Shown here piece by piece: positions 16,508-23,112 of a stretch of DNA of 42,646 nt. The DNA is from a virus. The stretch is from positions 1 through 42,646 of IMG/VR virus record IMGVR_UViG_3300048916_000077. One strand, written 5' to 3'. The first letter of the stretch is position 1, and every line of letters begins with the position of its first letter. A program made the translations under genes and the position numbers. Under the pieces are notes generated by a model. The model searched no databases, was not told the origin of the DNA, and saw nothing but the letters and a program-made list of their open reading frames with translations.

Positions 16508-18474
16508 CGCGCCCTCATGGTCGAAACATAGCGGCTGCCGTCCTCGCGATAGCGATAGTTGCGCGGATCATCGCTCTCGGTTCCGAGCGTCATCAGTCCG
16601 GCGAAGCTCTCGATACCTTCCATCATGGTTCGATAGATACCCTCTTCGGCGTAATCCGCAAGTATTCCCTGCTTGCTGAGAGCCCGACAGTAACCACCGG
16701 ACAGGCCGTTCAGCACCCAGCCGGCGCGGCTCGACACCATCAGTCCCGGAAAACCCCGCACCTGTTTTTCAAGAAGCGTCCGAAGTTCTCCAGCGCCTCG
16801 CGATGGATCTGTGCCCGAACGGAGTTCGATGGGTACTCGGTTGGCGGCCTGGACGAGACCGACATTGTTGTAGCGGTCGAAGTGAACGGGGGGGCAGATA
16901 TGTCGAAACCCTCGCCCAGCCTCGATTGACGCTTCTCGGACGATATCGGCGACTGTTCCATGTAAATCTCCCTCCCGCACCCAATCGGCATAGACGCGCA
17001 GCCAACCCTCGAACATCTGCACCAGCGCCGCGGTCACGCCGCTGCTTCCGGCATTCCACACCAGCCACAGCGGATGTCCCTTCGATGGCTGCAAGTCCTC
17101 GCCGATGTGCTGGACGGTGAAGTCCTCGTACATCGGCGCGCCGGGGCGCAGCTTGAGGGCGTAGGCCAGGGCGTTCGGCGCATCGATTCGGCCGGACGGG
17201 AAGTTCAGCAGCTGGGCGCGCAGGTCGGGCAACTCCTTGGCGAATTCGAGCTCACGCGCCTTGGCGAACGGTTGAAGTCCGCGGATGAAATCCATCTTGC
17301 CCTTCGGCGCCAGCACGCCCTTGATCGGCAGCATGATCCGCCGGCGCAACTGCTCCTGCCGGATGTTCTGCATCGCCCATTCGTTCAGGCCGTCCATCTC
17401 GAACCCGACCATGACGGGGTGATGCTCATCGTGCACGTCGAACAGGCTGTCCACGATCTCGTTTGGCATCAGCATCCGGGCCCAGGCATCCCAGACGACG
17501 ATCTTCGGGCCGATATATGACCATGCCGCAAAGCCGGTCGAGGCGCTGTTGGCCCCAACGGTGCGGGCCGGGTCGTGCATCGAATAGACCGCCTGCCAGG
17601 TGCGGACGCGCGGCTCTACGCGCAGCATCTCGGGCAAGAAGGTCTTATCCTCGGCCGCCGTTGCCTCGCACATATATTCGATGCGGAACTCTCGCCCGAG
17701 GCCCTGGCGCTCAAGGCCGCCCTGGATGCGCTCGATCCGCTTTAGCGGGAAACGTTCCGGCCAGGTCGGTTGCTCGATGCCCTGCTCATCCTTGAACTTG
17801 ATCGGGTATTTGCGGATCGTCCACAGCGAGCCGTCAGCGCGCGCGTCCATCTTGATCTTGCCCACGATGTCTTCCGGGTCGCGCTGTGTCGCCAGGACGA
17901 TGCCCCGCGCATCCGGGTCGCAGGCCGGGATCACATCGGCCATCAGCCAGCGGTGGGCTTTGGCGCGGCCTTCCTCGGTTCGGACGCTTTCCCGGTCCTC
18001 GATGTCGTCAGCGACGAAAAAATCAGGCCGATCCTCAAAATGCTTAATGCCAAGGATCGCTTGCCCTCGGCCGAGAGCCAGTATTCGGGCTCCAGTTGAG
18101 AGTTCAATTTCGTCTTCCGTCCAGGTCGGGCCGCGTAATCGTCCAAAGACATCGATGAAATCCTCGTTTGCTTCGATGATCCTCTTGATGGCCGACAGGC
18201 GCTCGCAGGCCCGGTCGGACGATGAGCCCAGCAGCAGCATGTTCTTGAACTCGCGCATCCCCGCCTTCACCGACACGCCTTCCTCGGCGATGGTCGATTT
18301 GGCGCCGCCGCGGAACGCCTCGGTCAGCAGGTACGGCGTCGGGCAGAAATGGAAATCATCGATCATCAGATCGACGTATTCGGGCGTCTTGTGCTTGTGC
18401 GGAAATAGAACCCGATGGGCGAGGCGGCGATCGCGGTAGAAGGCGGCGAGGATTTCCTCTTGCGGCGTGATCAT
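16504..18474 (-). CDS. terL: Terminase large subunit (656 aa)
   Basis: ORF track. It has a Walker-A-like FRGGAKST and a Walker-B-like DFFVADDIED, followed by a nuclease-type C-terminal half. It lies directly upstream of the portal gene. Confidence 0.9.
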   Translation of the reverse strand: MITPQEEILAAFYRDRRLAHRVLFPHKHKTPEYVDLMIDDFHFCPTPYLLTEAFRGGAKSTIAEEGVSVKAGMREFKNMLLLGSSSDRACERLSAIKRIIEANEDFIDVFGRLRGPTWTEDEIELSTGARILALGRGQAILGIKHFEDRPDFFVADDIEDRESVRTEEGRAKAHRWLMADVIPACDPDARGIVLATQRDPEDIVGKIKMDARADGSLWTIRKYPIKFKDEQGIEQPTWPERFPLKRIERIQGGLERQGLGREFRIEYMCEATAAEDKTFLPEMLRVEPRVRTWQAVYSMHDPARTVGANSASTGFAAWSYIGPKIVVWDAWARMLMPNEIVDSLFDVHDEHHPVMVGFEMDGLNEWAMQNIRQEQLRRRIMLPIKGVLAPKGKMDFIRGLQPFAKARELEFAKELPDLRAQLLNFPSGRIDAPNALAYALKLRPGAPMYEDFTVQHIGEDLQPSKGHPLWLVWNAGSSGVTAALVQMFEGWLRVYADWVREGDLHGTVADIVREASIEAGRGFRHICPPVHFDRYNNVGLVQAANRVPIELRSGTDPSRGAGELRTLLEKQVRGFPGLMVSSRAGWVLNGLSGGYCRALSKQGILADYAEEGIYRTMMEGIESFAGLMTLGTESDDPRNYRYREDGSRYVSTMRAR

Positions 18475-18656
18475 GTGCGGGGGTCGGCCTTGAGCCCTAC
18501 GGTCGTACCGTTCCTCGATGGTGCTGGGGACCTTGCGAGTCGTACCAGAACCCCCTCTCTGGGAATTTCATGCTCTCGGCGTACGTCGCAGTCGGCGCAG
18601 ACATCCCATGCGCCAAAGCGTTTCCATCGGTGCTCGTGATCAGATCTTTCGCTCAC
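18471..18656 (-). CDS. Small protein (61 aa, GTG start) with CxxC
   Basis: ORF track. It has an ATGA overlap with the terL start. Function is unknown and it is too small and featureless to call a small terminase. Confidence 0.4.
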   Translation of the reverse strand: MSERSDHEHRWKRFGAWDVCADCDVRREHEIPREGVLVRLARSPAPSRNGTTVGLKADPRT

Positions 18657-18858
18657 CGAATCGGCCCTTCAGTTGCCGATGCAGATAGGAGCCGGGGCTT
18701 TCCGCGCCCTTCAGCCCATGGAAGTGCTCTTCGTCCACGCCGGGATATAGCCAAGTCCCGCCCGAGCGGAAGGTGACATGAAGTTCCCGCGTGCTCGGAT
18801 CATAGGCCGCCTGCTCGATATTGCCGCTGTGGTCCTGCTCGAACGTGTGGCGCAGCAT
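18640..18858 (-). CDS. KTSC-domain protein (72 aa)
   Basis: ORF track. NIEQAAYDPSTRELHVTFRSGGTWLYPGVDEEHFHGLKGAESPGSYLHRQLK matches my recollection of the KTSC domain pattern (I..v.Yd...L.V.F..G..Y.Y..V........a.S.G.y....). Confidence 0.6.
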   Translation of the reverse strand: MLRHTFEQDHSGNIEQAAYDPSTRELHVTFRSGGTWLYPGVDEEHFHGLKGAESPGSYLHRQLKGRFGERKI

Positions 18859-19031
18859 CAGGTCACCGGCACGTAAGCGCCATCGGCGGCACGGGTCAGG
18901 TCACGTCCAACGGCCATATCCCTCTCAGGATCGATCCTATGACCGGCCATGGCTGCGTGCAGGGCATCGAAGGCGCGACGCTGTTCCTCAGCTTGGCGCC
19001 GTATCCTCTCCTGCGAGTCCCGGTACGACAT
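18858..19031 (-). CDS. Small hypothetical protein (57 aa)
   Basis: I trimmed the track ORF to ATG 19031. It has ATGA overlaps at both ends. Confidence 0.45.
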   Translation of the reverse strand: MSYRDSQERIRRQAEEQRRAFDALHAAMAGHRIDPERDMAVGRDLTRAADGAYVPVT

Positions 19032-19357
19032 CAGGGGTTCTCGACCGGCGCCGGCGGAACGACCTTGCCGCCGCTCTTGATCGTCGTGATCAGCGTGTTC
19101 AGCCACGCAACGCTGGTCGGGCTCAGGATCAGCGAGGCAATCGCCTCTTCCCGGTCACATGCCGAGTGCGCCAGCATCACAGCGCGGGCCACATCGGGTA
19201 TCGCCAGGGCCGCCGACCCGCTTGCTTCGCCCTCGGCGATGGCGCAGGCGTTCTGCACGGCCGCCTGATAGCCTTCGACCTTGGCGATCTGGGCCGTGGT
19301 GCACGCTACAAGAACTCCGCAGAGCAGTAGTATCGCCAAGAATATCGGGGGCTTCAT
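19031..19357 (-). CDS. Lipoprotein (108 aa); possible spanin-like or exclusion lipoprotein
   Basis: I trimmed the track ORF to ATG 19357, which forms an ATGA overlap with the upstream stop. MKPPIFLAILLLCGVLVAC carries a lipobox (LVAC). It lies directly after a two-TM holin-like gene. Confidence 0.65.
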   Translation of the reverse strand: MKPPIFLAILLLCGVLVACTTAQIAKVEGYQAAVQNACAIAEGEASGSAALAIPDVARAVMLAHSACDREEAIASLILSPTSVAWLNTLITTIKSGGKVVPPAPVENP

Positions 19358-19578
19358 GCTGGGGTCTCCGTGTTCGGCGCTGCCGCCGGGCTGCTGGCTG
19401 CCTTCGGGTGGACGAGCCACGCCGCCGCCGAAGTGATGAGGAACGTCGAGGCTTCGATCACCTCGGGCGTCAGCACGATGTTCCAGTGGTGCAGGCCCGC
19501 CGCAACGATCGTCATGATCGCCCCCGCCAGACCGCCGGCTGCGACCGTCCGATACTGCGGCTGCATCACCGGGTTCAC
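19354..19578 (-). CDS. Holin-like small membrane protein (74 aa, two predicted TM helices)
   Basis: ORF track. It has hydrophobic stretches AAGGLAGAIMTIVAAGL and ASTFLITSAAAWLV. Size and topology fit a holin and a lipoprotein gene lies next to it. No family was recognised. Confidence 0.5.
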   Translation of the reverse strand: MNPVMQPQYRTVAAGGLAGAIMTIVAAGLHHWNIVLTPEVIEASTFLITSAAAWLVHPKAASSPAAAPNTETPA

Positions 19579-20066
19579 GGCGCGGCTTCCGTCAAAGGGT
19601 CCGGCTGTGCCTCTGTCGCAGGTACAGGCTCTTCCGGTTCCGCAGGATCGCTCTCCGGTAATCCGGGAACTCCATCCTCGCCGGCACCTTGATCAGCCGC
19701 ATCAGGTTCGTTAGCACCAGCCGGTGTCTCAGGCTCAGATGGCGCATCGGGTGTCTCCGGGGCAGGCGCATCGTGCGGAACATCGTCCGAGGAAGTCGCC
19801 GACCCGAGAACAGAAGTGATTGCAGCGTCCATCGGAAGCCCTTGGTCAAGAAGGTTTCTCACCGCCAGACGCTGTTCGAGCGTCGCTACCTCCGGATGGT
19901 CTCCCCATACCAGCACGGGTTCTGCAACCTCCGTCGTCTCCCCGTCCAGCACGATCGCCGCAAACCGCTGGAACGCAAACAGCATCTGCGTCCCGCTCAC
20001 ACGGTCCAGGTCCCCGATCCCATGCAACTCACTCCGAAACCGCAGCATCCGATCCTGGTCGATCAT
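19575..20066 (-). CDS. Hypothetical protein (163 aa) with acidic Pro/Glu/Asp-rich C-terminal tail
   Basis: I trimmed the track ORF to ATG 20066, which is preceded by GGAGGG. Confidence 0.6.
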   Translation of the reverse strand: MIDQDRMLRFRSELHGIGDLDRVSGTQMLFAFQRFAAIVLDGETTEVAEPVLVWGDHPEVATLEQRLAVRNLLDQGLPMDAAITSVLGSATSSDDVPHDAPAPETPDAPSEPETPAGANEPDAADQGAGEDGVPGLPESDPAEPEEPVPATEAQPDPLTEAAP

Positions 20067-20155
20067 ATCACCCTCCAAAAACGCCCGGCGCCATTACAGC
20101 AGCCGGGCAAGGTTCAGGACCGTGGGGAGGAAACCCACACCTTCGGATTACCCCC

Positions 20156-20174
20156 TTTATCTCTCACGGTAAAG
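20156..20174. promoter_or_regulatory. Conserved 19-nt intergenic element, copy A (TTTATCtCTCACGGTAAAG), adjacent to GGGGGTAATCCG on the opposite strand (20144..20155)
   Basis: 18 of 19 positions are identical to 22074..22092. Both copies are intergenic and both are followed by a T-run. Function is unknown. Confidence 0.5.
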
Positions 20175-20258
20175 CTGTTTTTGCAAAATCCACGCAGATT
20201 TCGGGTGGGTGGTATCCCAAAATCCCCCGACCGCCCGTCCCCTGGTTTTCCCCGAACA

Positions 20259-20432
20259 TCACAGCCTCGACCGGTCACTGAACGGGTCGGGCTCACCCTC
20301 GGTCTCATCGAACCGACAATGGTCCGGATGCTCCCCGCACACCTCGCAGGGATTGCACGACTTACACCCCTCAGGCCTCCAATCGTCCGGCAGACCATCC
20401 GGTATCATCCAGCTTCTCATCCTATCCTCCAT
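20259..20432 (-). CDS. Small Cys-rich protein (57 aa), probable zinc-binding
   Basis: I trimmed the track ORF to ATG 20432, which forms an ATGA overlap with the upstream stop. The sequence contains CKSCNPCEVCGEHPDHC. Confidence 0.5.
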   Translation of the reverse strand: MEDRMRSWMIPDGLPDDWRPEGCKSCNPCEVCGEHPDHCRFDETEGEPDPFSDRSRL

Positions 20433-20671
20433 CACAGCCTCGACCACTGCAGCTCCAGCTGTGCCCGGTAGGCCAGCCGCAACTGCTCGGTGCCGCCGAT
20501 CTCAGCGTCACTCTGCCGCATCAGCCTGGCCAGCGCCTCGCGTGCGTCAGCATCCGCGAGCTGCCTCCCGCGCCTGCGCTCAGTGGCTCTACGGCTGGCA
20601 GAAACAGCCTCAGCGAGGATGGTTTCAGAGGTGAGGGAAGACCTACGCGTCTGAGCGGGTGTTTGCTGCAT
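20432..20671 (-). CDS. Hypothetical protein (79 aa), Arg-rich helical
   Basis: ORF track. It is the first gene after the 394-bp non-coding tract. Confidence 0.45.
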   Translation of the reverse strand: MQQTPAQTRRSSLTSETILAEAVSASRRATERRRGRQLADADAREALARLMRQSDAEIGGTEQLRLAYRAQLELQWSRL

Positions 20672-21065
20672 GGTGGCTTAAAGCATACCACTGTGCTGTT
20701 GGGTAGATCAAAGCCCTTATGAAGTGCTCGCCGTGTGCTCGCCTTCGGCTAGACCACGGATAGCATTCATGGAGGAGCGAGAGCGACTTGGCTGTTATCT
20801 CGGCGTCAGCCTACGGCTTCCTAAGATCCTCGTATGCCATATGCAGTTTCTAGTAGCGCCCCAATATCCGCCCCATACCCCATGAGCGGTGGCGAGCGCA
20901 CGCACAGGAGCTTGGCTGTTACGGGCTCGGCTTGTCCCGGCGTCTCCATAGTCATCAGGCGCGGAAACGCCTCGAGGTGTCCTGATGCTGGGCTTTGCGA
21001 GGGAGCCGGTTGTTCTACGACCGGGGCGACGCGACGACGATTGGGCCCTGTTGGGATCGGCTACA

Positions 21066-21494
21066 TCATCGGCCGATCCTGCGAGCGGCTCGAGCCATAT
21101 GCTTCGGCATCGGCCTACCATTGCCCATGCTCATGACTGCGCCGGCGGCAAGCGCTGGCTGCAGCACACGAGCACCCTTTTCCTCGAGGAACTTGGCGAT
21201 GAGCGCCGCGTCGTTCGATGTGTCGCGGACGGCGCCGACGAAGATGCTCGAGCGGAACTCCTCGAGCCTGGCGCGCATGTCGTGCCACTTGATCGTGGAG
21301 CGCATCGGATGTTCGTAGATCGTGAAGATAGGCTTCGCTGCGGCCCTGGTGCGCGCCTTGTAGCGCTCCTCGAGGCGGCGCTTGCTCTCCTCCGCTTGAG
21401 CCCGGTGAGCAAAGGCGTTGATCCAGGCGCGATCGGCGCCGAGCTGGACGTAGAGGCGAAAGGGGCGATCCTCTCGAGCCGCACGGTGGCTCAT
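21066..21494 (-). CDS. Hypothetical early/middle protein (142 aa)
   Basis: ORF track. Third-codon positions are strongly G/C-biased as in the other genes. It is divergent from the plus-strand early unit. Confidence 0.6.
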   Translation of the reverse strand: MSHRAAREDRPFRLYVQLGADRAWINAFAHRAQAEESKRRLEERYKARTRAAAKPIFTIYEHPMRSTIKWHDMRARLEEFRSSIFVGAVRDTSNDAALIAKFLEEKGARVLQPALAAGAVMSMGNGRPMPKHMARAARRIGR

Positions 21495-21607
21495 GCGGGT
21501 TGCCGCTGAATTCGGGATGAGGTAGAAAATGCCATTGGCTGGTCGCTTTCCGTTGAAGCGGTGAAAAGCTCAGTCCTGGCGTTGCGAGCGCCGCACTGAC
21601 CCAGCCG

Positions 21608-21636
21608 ATCCTACCCTTTTGGATTACCCCGTCAAG
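21608..21636 (-). promoter_or_regulatory. Candidate sigma70-type leftward promoter, CTTGAC-N17-TAGGAT
   Basis: Read on the minus strand, this is CTTGAC (21636..21631), a 17-nt spacer containing GGGGTAATCC, then TAGGAT (21613..21608). It lies about 115 nt upstream of the 21494 start in the divergent intergenic region. Confidence 0.35.
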
Positions 21637-21652
21637 CCACCACATTTTGCGC

Positions 21653-21681
21653 TTGCGTATGCCGCTATTAGCGGTTATAAA
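21653..21681 (+). promoter_or_regulatory. Candidate rightward early promoter TTGCGT-N17-TATAAA with a 13-bp perfect palindrome (CCGCTA-T-TAGCGG, 21662..21674) in the spacer
   Basis: The hexamers and spacing were read directly from the sequence. The palindrome-containing 15-mer GCCGCTATTAGCGGT recurs (13/15) in the spacer of the 22100 promoter. Confidence 0.45.
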
Positions 21682-21718
21682 TCTGTCAACGCAACAACAA
21701 ACCTCAGGACGAAATCAG

Positions 21719-21874
21719 ATGGCAAAGACCCGCAAACGTGACAGCCTGCGCGACTTCGCGAATAGCCTGACAAGCGAGCAGTATCTCAAGATTGTTGAGA
21801 TTGCGCATGGCCCTATCCCGCAGGAATTCCGCGACATGACAGACGATGAACTGCTTTCCGCTCTAACCGAGTAG
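21719..21874 (+). CDS. Small early protein (51 aa)
   Basis: I trimmed the track ORF to ATG 21719, which is preceded by AGGA. The sequence is MAKTRKRDSLRDFANSLTSEQYLKIVEIAHGPIPQEFRDMTDDELLSALTE. No family was recognised. Confidence 0.5.
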   Translation: MAKTRKRDSLRDFANSLTSEQYLKIVEIAHGPIPQEFRDMTDDELLSALTE

Positions 21875-21881
21875 ACCTATC

Positions 21882-21980
21882 GGGCGGGTGGCTGAGAGGT
21901 TTAAAGCGCCGTCCGGATCGGTAGGCTGGGAAAACGCGCAACACCCAGCCTCGCATGTTCGAATCGTGTCCCGCCCGCCA
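21882..21980 (+). tRNA. tRNA-like gene (99 nt, CCA encoded), class II / Ser-like architecture; anticodon arm non-canonical, anticodon unassigned
   Basis: The 7-bp acceptor stem is perfect (GGGCGGG / CCCGCCC). U8 is present. The Ser-type D-arm is GCT-GAGAGGTTTAA-AGC. The T-arm is GCATG-TTCGAAT-CGTGT. The discriminator is G, followed by CCA. The extra arm is long (GGCTGGG, 13-nt loop, CCCAGCC). The only 7-nt loop in the anticodon region is CCG-TCCGGAT-CGG (21909..21921), with C where U33 is expected. A strong terminator follows immediately. Confidence 0.55.
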
Positions 21981-22012
21981 AGCCCGCAGCCTTCACCCGC
22001 TGCGGGCTTTTT
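21981..22012 (+). terminator. Rho-independent terminator
   Basis: A perfect 10-bp stem (AGCCCGCAGC / GCTGCGGGCT) with an 8-nt loop is followed by TTTT. It lies directly after the tRNA-like CCA end. Confidence 0.8.
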
Positions 22013-22073
22013 CATTGCGTCAACCCGCCGCAGCGAGAGCGCTGCAAACGGGGTAATCCGAGCGGATGAAATA

Positions 22074-22092
22074 TTTATCGCTCACGGTAAAG
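22074..22092. promoter_or_regulatory. Conserved 19-nt intergenic element, copy B (TTTATCgCTCACGGTAAAG), 7 nt upstream of the -35 of the 22100 promoter; GGGGTAATCCG lies at 22050..22060
   Basis: 18/19 positions match 20156..20174. Its position at about -45 to -63 relative to the predicted start of the 22100 promoter suggests an activator or UP-like site. That suggestion is inference. Confidence 0.5.
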
Positions 22093-22099
22093 ATTTTTC

Positions 22100-22128
22100 T
22101 GGACAGGCCGCTAATCGCGGTCTACAGT
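22100..22128 (+). promoter_or_regulatory. Candidate rightward promoter TGGACA-N17-TACAGT with operator-like GCCGCTAATCGCGGT in the spacer
   Basis: The hexamers and spacing were read directly. The spacer 15-mer matches 21661..21675 at 13/15 positions. Confidence 0.4.
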
Positions 22129-22186
22129 CTGCGTATCGAAACCGAACGAATATCGGAGATCAGGACGATGCAAAAGCAATTCTTCC

Positions 22187-22384
22187 GTGTCAGTAGCAGA
22201 GCATAAGCGGGTTCGAGCCGAGCCGTTCGCACATCCCGAGACCTTCGCCGCAGGCTGGAACGATTGCTGTGCTGGTACGGTCAAATACGGCCAGTCACGC
22301 GATTACATGCTCGGATGGACGGAGGCATTGCGCCTCGGAGCCAAGCGCGCTGACGCCTTCAATCAAGTCTTGGTGCGGCAATGA
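22187..22384 (+). CDS. Small protein (65 aa, GTG start), Rmf/CrpP-like pattern
   Basis: ORF track. FAAGWNDCCAGTVKYGQSRDYMLGWTEALRLG resembles the GYxAGxxG...W(L)xGW pattern of the ribosome-modulation-factor / CrpP-like family (weak). There is no SD; the start is overlapped by a 12-codon mini-ORF (22168..22206) that does have a GGAG. Confidence 0.4.
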   Translation: MSVAEHKRVRAEPFAHPETFAAGWNDCCAGTVKYGQSRDYMLGWTEALRLGAKRADAFNQVLVRQ

Positions 22385-22563
22385 TCATCGCTGGTCTGTA
22401 CATCGCTGGAGCGTTCGCCACCGTGGTGGTGCTGATGCGCAACGAGGCAGGAGACAGGCCGGGTTATTGTGCCGCCTCAGCGCTGCTCTGGCCGCTGTTC
22501 TGGCTGGCCGTGGGTGCCATGGGCGCTTGGCTGCTGGTCGAGGAATGGCTCGATGACATGTGA
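22381..22563 (+). CDS. Small membrane protein (60 aa, two TM helices)
   Basis: ORF track. It has an ATGA overlap with the previous stop. Hydrophobic stretches are IIAGLYIAGAFATVVVL and ALLWPLFWLAVGAMGAWLL. Confidence 0.55.
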   Translation: MIIAGLYIAGAFATVVVLMRNEAGDRPGYCAASALLWPLFWLAVGAMGAWLLVEEWLDDM

Positions 22564-22750
22564 GCCTGACACGCACGCCATGAGGGCCCTGCGCAACCGC
22601 CGCGGCCTGACCATCCCGCAGATGGCCGAGTTGCTGAACACGCCGGCCAAGACCTATCAGAACTGGGAGCTGGGCCGCACCCGCCCGCCCGGCTGCCTGC
22701 TGGTCGCCCTGCGCTGCCTTGAGAAACACCCACCGGAGAGGAAATTATGA
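22553..22750 (+). CDS. Helix-turn-helix transcriptional regulator (65 aa), XRE-like
   Basis: I trimmed the track ORF to ATG 22553. ALRNRRGLTIPQMAELLNTPAKTYQNWELGRTRP is a typical XRE/Cro-type HTH pattern. Confidence 0.65.
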   Translation: MTCEPDTHAMRALRNRRGLTIPQMAELLNTPAKTYQNWELGRTRPPGCLLVALRCLEKHPPERKL

Positions 22751-23112
22751 GCCACGATGAACCCTATTTCCGCGTTGTTCACAGGCGCGACAAGATCAGA
22801 AACCTTCTGGTGCGGTGGAGCGAGCAATATTCACGCTACAAGCCATTTGAGAGGATCGGGTTGAAGCGAGAACTGATCTCGGATATTCGCCCGAGGATTG
22901 AAGCGCTCGACTTGGACACCGCGACGGTCTCCGACGTTGACACTGCCGTAGGTACGCCCGGATGGGCTGCTATGACCTGTGACGCCTGCGGCAAGGACGT
23001 TGACGCCATTATGCGCATTGGAGACGAGCCCGACTACGAGGCGAGATATATCGATCTGTGCGTAGATTGCCTATCCCATGCTGCCGCGATCAAGGTTGAG
23101 CCGAAGCCGTGA
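22747..23112 (+). CDS. Hypothetical protein (121 aa) with C-terminal CxxC...CxxC zinc-ribbon-like motif
   Basis: ORF track. It is translationally coupled at both ends. The sequence contains CDACGKD...CVDC. Confidence 0.6.
   Translation: MSHDEPYFRVVHRRDKIRNLLVRWSEQYSRYKPFERIGLKRELISDIRPRIEALDLDTATVSDVDTAVGTPGWAAMTCDACGKDVDAIMRIGDEPDYEARYIDLCVDCLSHAAAIKVEPKP

Noticed and set aside
20787-20921. Treating the two CTTGGCTGTTA 11-mers as significant iterons on their own.
   Set aside because: My rough expectation is that exact 11-mer pairs occur by chance many times across 42 kb. They are only mildly unusual because both fall in one 400-bp non-coding tract, so I kept them as supporting detail only.
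20795-21121. 108-aa minus-strand and 100-aa plus-strand (20834..21136) ORFs in the 394-bp gap.
   Set aside because: They overlap each other. They are Arg/Ser/Gly-rich, lack SD sequences, and the minus-strand one overlaps the 3' end of the 142-aa gene. I treated the tract as non-coding.
21909-21921. Assigning anticodon CGG (Pro) to the tRNA-like gene from the loop TCCGGAT.
   Set aside because: The stem has only 3 Watson-Crick pairs, position 33 would be C rather than the near-universal U, and no spacer nucleotide 26 would remain. I therefore left the anticodon unassigned. I also saw no CUA/UCA/UUA suppressor-type loop.
21888-22196. 102-aa plus-strand ORF that covers the tRNA-like gene and terminator.
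   Set aside because: It reads straight through a near-perfect cloverleaf, a 10-bp terminator stem and two promoter candidates. Its composition is Pro/Ser/Arg-rich.
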